Assembly: GCA_030390025.1 (NCBI GenBank)
Contig: CM059425.1
Span: forward strand, 167,774,001-167,838,000
Reading direction: 5' to 3'
DNA: 64,000 bases
Origin: Squalus acanthias
Taxonomy: Eukaryota
The translations under genes and the position numbers were made by a program. Of the stretch, positions 38,215-48,996 are shown piece after piece. Each line of letters starts with the position of its first letter. Positions within the stretch are counted from its first letter, which is position 1. The notes beneath the pieces were generated by a model that did no database searches, was not told the DNA's origin, and was given only the letters and a program-made list of their open reading frames with translations.

Positions 38215-39449
38215 TTAAGCGAATCTGGCATAGAGTAGTGCATCCCTTGCATCACGGGCAGCAATGTGCTCGCATGCTGGTGGAACTGGCGCATCCGCCT
38301 CCGCAAGGTCTTCCTCCTCCTCCTCCTCCTCCTCCTCCTGCTCATCCTCCTCCTTTGAGGAGGCTGTGCGCTGAGCCACTTGTTCCTCAGGCAGCGGTAA
38401 GCCACGCTGCTGTGCGATGTTGTGCAGTGCACAGCAGACCACGATGATTCTGGAGACCCTGGCTGGTGAGTACTGTAGGGCTCCACCTGATCTGTCGAAG
38501 TATCTGAATCGCATTTTGAGCAAGCTGATGGTTTGCTCGATGATAGCTCTAGTGAAAATGTGGCTGGCATTGTAGCACTCCTCAGCTTCGTTTGATGGCC
38601 TCCTTAACGGCGTCATTAGCCACGTCTTCAGGGGATAGCCCTTGTCTCCAAGTAGCCATCCGGAAAGTTGGGGTGGCGGATTGAAGAGCTGAGGCACAGT
38701 AGACTGCTGCAGAATGAATGAGTCATGGCAACTGGCAGGGTACTTTGCGCAAACATGCATAATGTTCTTCCTGTGGTTACACACCAGCTGGACGTTAAGG
38801 GAGTGGAAGCCCTTGCGGTTGACAAAAACAGCTGGGTTGTGATGGGGTGCCCTAATGGCCACATGTGTACAGTCTACAACGCCCTGCACCCTTGGCAAGC
38901 CTGCCATATTTGCAAAGCCAACCGCACGCGCGGTTACACTTGGTTCATCCGTGGAGAAGTGGATGTAATTGTGCGCCTTTGGAAAGAGGCCACCTGCGTG
39001 ATGCAAGTGTGTGCGGCCAACCGGGAGATTCCGCTGATGTCTGCTGATGATCCCTGGAAGGACCCTGAAGCAAAGAATTTGAGGGCAGTGGTGACTATGA
39101 CAGCCACTGGTAAGGAGTGTCCACCCGCTCCTCTGGGCTCCAGGTGTTGCTGCAGCATTGTGCAGATGTCAGCGACTACCTCTTGTGGAAGTCTCAGCCT
39201 CCTTTGGCACTGCTGCTCAGTCATGTTCAGGAAGCTCATCCTCGGCCTGTAAACCCTGTGTTGGGGGTATCTCCTGCGGCGAGGTGCAGCCCTGCGCTGA
39301 CGCCCTCTGCCCTGTGCAGCATCAGGTGGGTGAGCAGGAGGTTGGCGCTCCTGTTGTTGCTGCTGCTGTTGTGCCCGGTTCTGCTGCTGCCGCGGCTGCT
39401 CTTCCTCCGAATCTGAGGACCAGGATGACGGGGAATAAATGGTTCCCAT
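38215..39449 (-). pseudogene. Harbinger DDE transposase with one frameshift near 38990
   Basis: ORFs 38934-39449 and 38215-39006; [33 protein letters not shown]. Confidence 0.94.
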
Positions 39450-41306
39450 TCCGCTGGTATATATGTCAGTTGAGGACTAGAAGTTATAAGCGCTCAGTCA
39501 ATGTGGCCAGAGGGTTTTCCCAGGAGGTCACAGTGCATTTGGATCTCAGCTTCAGCACTTGCAAGATCAGTAGACCTGCAAAAAGTCTTCCAACACCTGA
39601 AAAAACAAAGTTCTGTCATCTGAAAGTCAGCCATGTTCGAGCTCCGTTTTTATGCTGGAGCTGCAGCTGTCAAGAAGTCAGGCACTTGCTGAACCCGGCA
39701 CAATCAGCTGGCGTGGTTTGCGAAAGACATGGAACATGCTGAAAATGTAATAAAATTGAAATACCCTGTTAAAATCGGCTTATCCAGGCAGTTAACGAGC
39801 TGTAAACTGCCTTAAGTGCCTCTCCTGCCGCTTGGTGGCGGGACCGATCGGAACTCCCAGAGCCGGCACTTGGCAAAGTAGTGTGGAGGCGGGTTGACGG
39901 TGGAATCGCAACCCACTGTCAATCAAAATGATTTTAACCTTTGACCCGCCTCCAAACCCGCCCTCTCAGTGCCGATAAAATCGCGGCCAAAGAGTCTGCA
40001 AAGGGAGATAGATAGGTTAAGCGAGTGGGCAAAAATTTGGCAGATGGAGTATAATGTGGGAAAATGTGAGGTTATCCACTTTGGTAGGAAGAATAAAAAA
40101 GCAAAATATTATTTAAATGGAGAGAGAGGCCAAGATCATATCAGCCATGATCTTATTGAATGGCGGAGCAGGCTCGAGGGGCCGAATGGCCTACTCCTGC
40201 TCCTATTTCTTATGTTCTTATGATGGCGAGGTTGTTGAGCATGCAGCAGACCATGAAGAATCTTGAGACGTACTCTGCCGAGTACTGCACGGCTCCTCCA
40301 AAGCAGTCCAGGCAGCGGAAGCATTGTTTACGCACGCCAATGGTCTGTTCTATCAGATTCTGTGTGGCAACATGGCTTTTGTTATACGCATGCTGTCCAC
40401 GCATGCTTGGGTTGTGCACTGGAGTCATAAGAACATAAGAACATGAGAAATAGGAGCAGGAGCAGGCCATTTGGCCCCTCGAGCCTGCTCCGCCATTTAA
40501 TGAGATCATGGTTGATCCGCTTTTGGCCTGAATTCCTGCCCGTTCCCCATAGCCCTTGCCTCCCCTGTTGCTCAAAAATCTGTCTATCTCAGCCTTGAAT
40601 ATGTTCCATGACTCAGCTTCCACAGCTCTCTGGGGTAAACAATTCCAAAGATTCACGACCCTCTGAGAGAAGAAATTCCTCCTCACCTCCATCTTAAATG
40701 GGCGACCCCTTATTCTGAGACTATGCCCCCTCGTTCTAGATTCCCTGACGAGGTGAAACATCCTCTCAGCATCTACCCTGTCCAAACCTCTCGGAATCTT
40801 ATATGTTTCAATAAGATCACCTCTCATTCTTCTAAACTCCAATGAGTATAGGCCTAACCTGCTCAACCTTTCCTCATAAGACAACCCTTCCATCCCAGGA
40901 ATCAACCTAGTGAACCTTCTCTGAACTGCCTCCAATGCAAGTATATCCCTCCTTAAATAAGGGGACCAAAACTGTACACAGTACTCTAGGTATGGTCTCA
41001 CCAGCGCCCTATACAGTTGTAGCAAGACTTCCCGACTTTTATACTCTATCCCCTCTTGAAATAAAGGCCAACATTCCATTTGCCTTCCTAATTACTTGCT
41101 GCATCTGCATGTTAACTTTTTGTGTTTCATGTACGAGGACACCCAAATCCTCTACCGCCGCATTCTCTAGTCTTTCTCCATTTAAATAATATTTTTCTTT
41201 TCTATTCTTCCTAAAGTGGATAACTTCACATTTTCCCACATTATACTCCATCTGCCAAATTCTTGCCCATTCACTTAGCCTATCTATATCCCTTAACAGA
41301 CTGTTT

Positions 41307-44133
41307 GGGCTCGATTTTAATAGCCCTGAGGAGGCGGGTTTGGAGGCGGGCCTGTTGGGAAAATCGGGAAAAATGGCTTCAGACACCCAACCCGCCTCCA
41401 TCCCGCCTCCACACGATTTTCCTGAGTGTCTGTTTAGCCACTCCCAAGCTGACTGTGCGCTTGCAAGATTGTTACCTCAAATGAAATCTATAGGAAGGGG
41501 ATGGGAAACATTTATGCCCTCTCATCCTGGTCCTCATAATTGGGTGAGTAGCAGCCGCATGGCTCACCACAGATCTTCGTGGGAAGAGGAGTAGGAGGAG
41601 GATGAGGGGAGCCTTGCATGCCCTGTTGTGACCAATGCACCATCCCTCCAGTTCACTGCTGTCCGTCAACCAGGGTATGCACACTGCCATGCCACACTAT
41701 CATAAGCTTACTCTTTGACCATAGGTGGCCACCATATGGCTCTGTAATTGTAGGCAACACTTATCCAACACCATACTTCATCTCTGCTATACCCTCAAAT
41801 TTCCTATCACTTTTAACATCAGCATAACAAATGCAAGTCGCCCTGAGCCCTCAATGCGCTTTTGCCATTTCCTGGAACACATAGGCCACACAATCAATTG
41901 TTTGACATAATTTGTCTTTAACACATGACAAAATATACCAGCAAGAGTCAGAAAAAAAAGAAACATCACCCAAGTGAGTCCCCTTGTGACTATTGGTGCT
42001 TAATCTTTCTCTTATGCGTACTTCTACGTGGTGCTTCCCCTGTGGCTTCAACAGATGTAGAGGCACCTTGTTGACGAGGATGCTGCACCTGCTTAAATGC
42101 TTTTGATGAGCGTCCTCTGGGTTTGGGAGCCTGGGAGGGCTCTTCAACAGTCTGCTCTTCCTGCGGCTGTGCAGGGGCTGACATGGCCATCTCAGTTGTC
42201 TCTGCAAAGTGGGTCTCTGTCCGAGGGCTCCGCAGTGGCATGGTTGTGCGAGTGCTTTGAGAGGAGCCCACACTTCCTTCTGTCCTGCCAACAACATAAG
42301 AACATAAGAAATAGGAGCAGGAATAGGCCACTTGGCCCCTCGAGCCTGCTCCGCCATTCAATAAGATCATGGCTGATTTGGGGCTCAAAGCCACTTCCCT
42401 GCCCGCTCCCCATAACCCTTCACTCCCTTATCTTGCAAAAATCTGTCTATCTCCACCTTAAATGTATTTAATGACCCAGCCTCCATTGCTCTCTGGGGCA
42501 AAGAATTCCACAGATTTATGACCCTCTGAGAGAAGAAATTCCTCCTCATCTCAGTTCTAAAAGGGCGACCCTTTATTCTGAAACTATGCCCCCGAGTTCT
42601 AGATTTCCCCGCGAGGGGAAACATCCTCTCTGCATCTACCTTGTCGAGCCCCCTCAGTATCTTATATATTTCAATAAGATCACCTCTCATTCTCCTAAAT
42701 TCTAATGAGTATAGGCCCAACCTGCTCAACCTTTCTTCATAAGTCAACCCCCTCATCTCTGGAATTAACCTAGTGAATCGTCTCTGAACTGCCTCCAATG
42801 CAAGTAGATCCTTCATTAAAATAGGAGTCCAAAACTGTACGCAGTACTCAAGGTGTGGTCTCACCAATACCCTGTACAGTTGTAGCAGGACTTCCCTGCT
42901 TTTATACTCCAACCCCCTTGCAATAAAGGCCAACATTCCATTTGCCTTTTTGATTATTTGCTGTACCTGCATGCTAACTTTTTGTGTTTCATGCACAAGG
43001 ACCCCCAGGTCCCTCTGAACTGTAGCATTTTGTAATCTCTCTCCATTTAAATAATAATTTGCTTTTTTATTTTTCCTGCCAAAGTGGATAACCTCGTAAT
43101 TTCCCACATTATACTCCATCTGCCAAATGTTTGCCCACTCACTTAGCCTGTCTATATCCCTTAACAGACTGTTTGGGCTCACCTCCAACAATCTCATTTG
43201 CTGCCTCCTCAGCACTGGTCAATGTTGCAAGGGTAGGTGTTCCTCCTCCAGTCATTGCTCTCTCCCTCTTATTGTGAGCTATCTTTTCCTGCAAGGAGGG
43301 ACACAAGCGGTGTTTCAGCCACAGTGATGGAGTGAGTGTGAATAATCCCTACCATAGAAGCTTTGAGGGAGACGAAGATGGGGTAAGGTGCCAAGAGGAA
43401 GGTAGCTCCCTGTGCGTTGTTAGTTGTTGTCACTGCATGACAGTGAGAGCAAGTGTAAGGGGTGCATAGGCAGGATGCTGAAGTGATTCAGTGCAGAGAC
43501 AGAGATGGATAGGAAAGGGTGCAAGGGAAGTAAGAGTAAGGTGGGATGTGAAGGAGGAGGCTTACAATGCAGAGTGCTGGTGATGAGAAGAGAAGGGAAG
43601 CAGAGTGAAGGCAAGTGAGATGGGATACTCACTTTGATGTTCTCACAAGATTATTAAACCTTTTGCGGCACTGGATCCATGAGCGTGCATAAATGCACCT
43701 TGTGCTCACCTCCTGAGCAATGCACAGCCAGGCTGCCTTGGTCTGCTGAGGAGGCTTCCTCCGGCCATCAGGAGGGAAGAGAATCTCCCTGCGCCCTCTG
43801 ACAGCATCCATAAGAACTTGGAGGGACGCATCATTAAAACGAGGAGCTGCCTTGCCTCTGGAAGAAGTCATAGCTTTGAAAAGAAGTGCAGGAAACCACA
43901 ATAGAAAGGCTCAGGCTGGATGGCAGCTTTAAAAGGAGCTGCTATTATGACGTCATCAGAGGCGGCCAGCCGACCCGATCCCACTCATTGGACCGGCCAG
44001 CGCACCTCCATGAAATTAACAAGGTACTTTAATAAAAATCGCAACTCTGCAGCTGTTCCTGCTGGAAGCGGCTCCCGAACCCGCCCACCACGCAACCCAA
44101 CTCCAACCCACTTCGGGAATTTAAATCGAGCCC
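41307..44133. mobile_element. Deleted Harbinger: Myb gene remnants on the minus strand, transposase largely lost
   Basis: TIR GGGCTCGATTT / AAATCGAGCCC, TTT TSD; Myb exon 1 in ORF 43629-43901, exon 2 at ~43181-43290, 3' end at 41990-42297. Confidence 0.92.
42298..43174 (-). mobile_element. CR1 3' half nested in the Harbinger Myb gene, ending at the Harbinger target site plus GGGCTC
   Basis: ORF 42385-43215 (RT C-terminus); tail at 42298; junction cagactgtttGGGCTC identical to 41297-41312. Confidence 0.9.
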
Positions 44134-47100
44134 TTTATGTCCTCCTCACAACTTGCTTTCCCACCTATCTTTGTATCGTCTGCAAATTTGGCTACAGTAC
44201 ACTCAGCCCCTTCATCCAAGTCATTAATATAGATTGAAAATGGTTGAGGCCCCAGCACTGATCCCTATGGCACCCCACTAGTTACAGATTGCCATCCTGA
44301 AAATGACCCATTTATCCTGAATCTCTGTTTTCTGTTAGTTAGCCAATTCTCTATCCTATCTAATATATTACCCCCAACACCATGAGCTCTTATCTTATGC
44401 AGTAACCTTTTATGTGGCACCTTGTCAAATGCCTTTTGGGAATCCAAATACGCTACATCTACTGGTTCCCCTTTATCCACCCTGCTCGTTGCCTCCTCAA
44501 AGAACTCTAATAGATTTGTCAAACACGATTTCCCTTTCATAAAACCATGTTGACTCTTTTGATTGTATTATGATTTTCTAAATGCCCTGCTGCTACTTCC
44601 TTAATAATGGATTCGAGCATTTTGCCAATGACAGATGTTAGTATAACTGGCCTATAGTTTCCTGCTTTCTGTCTCCCTCCTTTTTTGAATAAGGGCATTA
44701 CATTTGCGGTTTCCCAATCCGCAGGGACTTTTCCAGCGTTAAGGGAATTTTGGAAGATTACAACCAATGCATCCACTATCTCTGTAGCTGTTTCTTTTAA
44801 GACCCTAGGATGCAGGCCATCAGGTCCTGGGGACTTGTCAGCCTTTAGACCCATAAGTTTGCCTAGCACTTTTTCTCTAGTCATGAGACAGGTGGTCAGC
44901 AGATAGCCCTTGTCGTCCAGTGGTACAGCGGACTGCTGCAGAATGAAAACATCGTGACTGCTGCCAGGATACCGAGCATTGATCTGCAGGATGCGCTGAG
45001 TATGGTCTCACACTAGCTGGACATTGAAGGAGTGGAATCCCTTCCAGTTGCAGTACATCTCCAAATTCACATGCGGCGCCCGCAAAGCGATGTGTGTGCA
45101 GTCCACCCTGCACCATGGGGAAGCCTGCTAGCCTGGCGAAGCTACATGCTCGCTCTGGCTGCTTCTCTCTGGCAAGCGAGAATGAAATGTATTTATCTCC
45201 CTTTGCATACACATCCTCAGTGACCTCGCATATGCAACAGTGCATGGGAGATGTTAGAAATATCGCCTGCTCCAGCCTAGAAGGAGCCGATGCAAAAATT
45301 CCTGGCCACGCTCACCTTCACAGCCACTGTCAATGCGGTCCTTGCCCTGCTCTGAGGCTGCAGTTCTGCCTGCAAAAGGTGGCAGATTTCAGTGAACACC
45401 TCCTTAGTGAAGCGGAGACGTCGCATACACTGTTCTTCGCTGAGGATGAGGTAGCAGAATTGCTCCCTGACGATCCTGGGCGGTAATGGCCTCCTGCTGA
45501 GAGCCCTTCTCCCCCTGCTGCTCCTGCCTCTTCGAGCAGCTTGTCCTCCTCTGTGTCGCCTTTGCTCATTCTCCCTGTCACGTTGCAGGCCAAGGGGGAT
45601 ACAAACTACTGCACCCATGTCTGGGAGCATCTGATCTGAGCAGAAGCCTTGAAGTAACCTGCCACACCACTCCCTGGACACTTCAACAACTTCAAATAAG
45701 ATAACAAATCACCAATCACTTGTACAAATGCACCAAGAGCCAATAGAAAGCAATCAGCAACCAACCTGAGAGCAGTTGAGGATCACTTTAAATGGCACTG
45801 GTGCGGGATCCTTCCTGTTGCTGAATGCATGTTCAGCTGTGTGTATTTCAGAGAGGGCGTTTGCTGCAGCATTGAGGTCGAAAATGGCAGCACTGGAGTC
45901 AAATCAGCATTGCACGGTGATTGACGTCACGATCTGCGTACTCTGTATACGTCCGCCACACGCTTCCAGCGCCCGCACTAATGACCTCACCAAAATGACA
46001 CCCATCGTGGCCCAGAAGTGTGCGCGTGCAGCGCATGTGCCATTTTGGACTCAAAACGGCACCCAAGCGCCAAAAAACTGGGTGCTACGGAGCCGAATTT
46101 AGTGGCCACTAACTTTGTCTTGAAAAGGTGCTGGGGGAAAGAAATCAAACTAACACGTAAATCAATATCTGTGGCACAACTTGTTCCCCAGTGTGGATAA
46201 TAGGAGCTTTGGAACACAGGCTGTCCCTGGAACTTAGCACACTCATTAAACTCCTCTAAGTTAACTGTGTCCAAATAAATGGCTGGAATTTTGCCTACCT
46301 CGGTGGGTCTAGTGTGGGCGGTGGCCATGGCGGGTCGCGACCCCACTACTGGCTCCATCCTGCTGCTGAAAATGACTTTCCCTTAATGGGGCCTATTAAG
46401 CCCGCCCAGCGCGTTACGCGGCCCAATGAGATGGAGCGAGTCTGGTGACGTCATTCATGACGTGTTTTCAGCCGGGATCTTTAAAGGGACCCTGGCCACA
46501 TTGGATTTGACGTTTAATCTAACATAGAGCACTACAGCACTGGAGTGCTCCAAACACTGACAATGACTACACAGAGGCAGAGGGCTGCACCCAAGTTCTC
46601 CGATGACTCCCTCCGTTATGGAGGGAGGCACAACACACAGGGAGGTCCTCTTCCCTTCCCATGGGTGGAAGAGACCTCCCAAGGAGACCAAAACAGCCTG
46701 GTTACAGATTGCAGAGGAGGTCACAAGGATCTGGGTGCAGTGCCGCAAACGTTTGAATGATCTCATTAGATCAGGAAGGTTAGTACAACGCCACACTCAA
46801 CTTCATCCTGCTGTGCCTCTCATCACATCCCCATCACTCTGCCTTCCCTCCCCTACTCCTGCACATCCTTACTCACACCAACTTACCTTGCACCTCCACC
46901 CATCCCTCTCTATCTACATTATCACTTCCCATCTCACTAGCCACCCCTCACACTCACCCTCATCCTAGTGCAATCATACCAAATAACAACACACAAGGGT
47001 AGGCACTTGGGTGTTTTATGCAATGTTCATGTAATGTTTCTGTTAATGTGATGTCAAACATAAAAATCTTTATTTTCAACACTTTCCGGTCTTGGGCAGA

Positions 47101-47306
47101 TTTGTGTGCATCTTTGGAAGTGGCTTAGTGAGTTGCAGTGAATGGTGAGACATAACGGTACCCCCCGCAATGGTGATGAGTGTGAAAGGAATAGCTTGGG
47201 CATTGTAGAGATGCTTTATGGTGTTGGTGTGGGGTGGTGCCAACCTGGCGCATCATGTGGCTTCCATATGGGTATACAGCGTAAAGTTAACTAAATCTGG
47301 CCATGA

Positions 47307-48847
47307 TTTTTTTTTTATTCGTTTATGGGATGTGGGCATCGCTGGCAAGGCCAGCATTTATTGCCCATTCCTAATTGCCCTTGAGAAGGTGGTGGTTAGC
47401 CGTCTTCTTGAAACGCTGCAGTCCGTGTGGTGAAGATACTCCCACAGTGCTGTTAGGGAGGGAGTTCCAGGATTTTGATCCAGTGACGATGAAGGATCGG
47501 CGATATACTTCTAAGTTAGGATGGTGTGTGACTTGGAGGAAAACTTGGAGATTGTGGTGTTCCCATGCGCCTATTGCCCTTGTCCTTCTAGGTGGAAGAG
47601 GTCGCGGGTTTGGGAGGTGCTGCCAAAGAAGCCTTCGCAAGTTGCTGCAGTGCAACTTATAGATGGTACACACTGCAGCCACGGTACGCCAGTGGTGGAG
47701 GGAGTGAATGTTTAAGGTGGTGGATGGGGTGCCAATCAAGCAAGCTGTTTTGTCCTGGATGGTGTCGAGCTTCTTGAGAATTGTTGGAGCTGCACTCATC
47801 CAGGCAAGTGGAGAATATTCCATTACACTCCTTACATAGAAACATAGAAACATAGAATCTAGGAGCAGGAGTAGGCCATTCGGCCCGTCGAGCCTGCTCC
47901 GCCATTCAATACGATCATGGCTGATCATCCAAATCCAGTACCCTGTCCCTGCTTTAATCCCCACAGTACACATATCCCACCCTACCCCCGTAACCCCACG
48001 TATTTAATTCCCCCTAACATATCCCATCCCCCCACATATTTAATCCCCCCTAACACTAAGGGTCAATTTATCATAGCCAAATCAACCTAACCCACACATA
48101 CTTGTGCCTTGTAGATGGTGGAAAGGCTTTGGGGAGTCAGGAGGTGAGACACTCACCGCAGAATACCTAGCCTCTGACCTGCTCTTGTTGCCACAGTATT
48201 TATGTGGCTGGTCCAGTTAAGTTTCTCGTCAATGGTGACCCCCAGGATGTTAATGGTGGGGGATTCGGCGATGGTGATACCGTTGAATGTCAAGGGAAGG
48301 TGGTTAGACTCTCGCTTGTTGGAGATAGTCATTGCCTGGCACTTCTGTGGCGCAAATATTACCTGCCACTTATCAGCCCAAGCCTGAACGTCGTCCAGGT
48401 CTTGTTGAATGCAGGCATGGACTGCTACATTATCTGAGGAGTTGTGAATGGAACTGAACACTGTGCAGTCATCAGTGAACATCCCTATTTCTGACCTTAT
48501 GTTGGAGGGAAGGTCATTCATGAATCAGCTGAAGATGGTTGGGCCTAGGACACTGCCCTGAGGAACTCCTTCAGCGATGTCCTGGGGCTGTGATGATTGA
48601 CCTTCAATCACCACAAACATCTTCCTTTGTGCTAGGTATGACTCCAGCCAGTGGAGAGTTTTCCCCCTGATTCCCATTGACTTCAGTTTAACTAGGGCTC
48701 CTTGATGCCACACTCAGTCAAATGCTGCCTTGATGTCAAGGGCAGTCACTCTCACTTTTCCTCTGGTATTCAGCTCCTTTGTCCATGTTTGGACCAAGGC
48801 TGTAATGAGGTCAGGAGCTGAGTGGTCTTTGTGGAACCCAAACTGTG
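47307..48847 (-). mobile_element. 3' part of a poly(A)-tailed non-LTR retrotransposon (non-CR1, clade unresolved)
   Basis: [28 protein letters not shown]; tail gcccacatcccataaacgaat(a)n; same family as 48997-52747. Confidence 0.88.
47834..48100 (-). mobile_element. SINE fragment with CR1-derived tail (HE1-like)
   Basis: CR1 3' UTR and (AGAAACAT)n tail joined to a non-CR1 body (ggtcaatttatcatagccaaatcaacctaacc); splits the LINE. Family name is from recall only. Confidence 0.55.
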
Positions 48848-48996
48848 CAATGACAGACGCGCCTGGGGGAAAGGCGTGTGGGGGCGGGATGACAGTGGGT
48901 TCCCAACCGATCGCGACCACTACCACCCCGGAAAATTCCAGCCTAAGATTTTTTTCCAAGCCCATTTATTTTCAAGAGAAATTATTATTATTATTA

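Larger units (their letters stand above)
35745..39988. mobile_element. Full-length Harbinger transposon (4244 bp)
   Basis: Perfect 15-bp TIR GGCCGCGATTTTATC / GATAAAATCGCGGCC; AAA TSD (35742-35744 / 39989-39991); both genes present. Confidence 0.97.
35479..40219 (+). mobile_element. 5'-truncated, internally deleted CR1 inserted in the Harbinger transposase and carrying a full Harbinger
   Basis: RT sequence 35479-35744 continues at 39989; deletion at ~40128; ttcttatg tail; ATG repeated at both junctions. Confidence 0.9.
40429..44878 (-). mobile_element. 5'-truncated CR1 inserted in the Harbinger transposase, itself interrupted by a Harbinger
   Basis: AGTCAT repeated at 40423-40428 and 44879-44884; (AAGAACAT)n tail; RT pieces 40429-41306 and 44134-44878. 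Confidence 0.9.
33759..46107. mobile_element. Outer Harbinger element broken by two CR1 insertions; pieces 33759-35478, 40220-40428 and 44879-46107
   Basis: Ends GACCTAGAAATT / AATTTAGTGGCC. Myb gene on + (~33960-35160). The minus-strand transposase reads through both CR1 junctions (GYLLTTCLMT|PVHNP and NNLAIM|RAQPLP). TSD not resolved. Confidence 0.85.
46281..48943. mobile_element. Deleted Harbinger with Myb exon 1 remnant, interrupted by a LINE
   Basis: Perfect 12-bp TIR GGCTGGAATTTT / AAAATTCCAGCC; REVLFP..AWLQIAEEV..WVQCRKRLNDL at 46560-46780. Confidence 0.85.
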
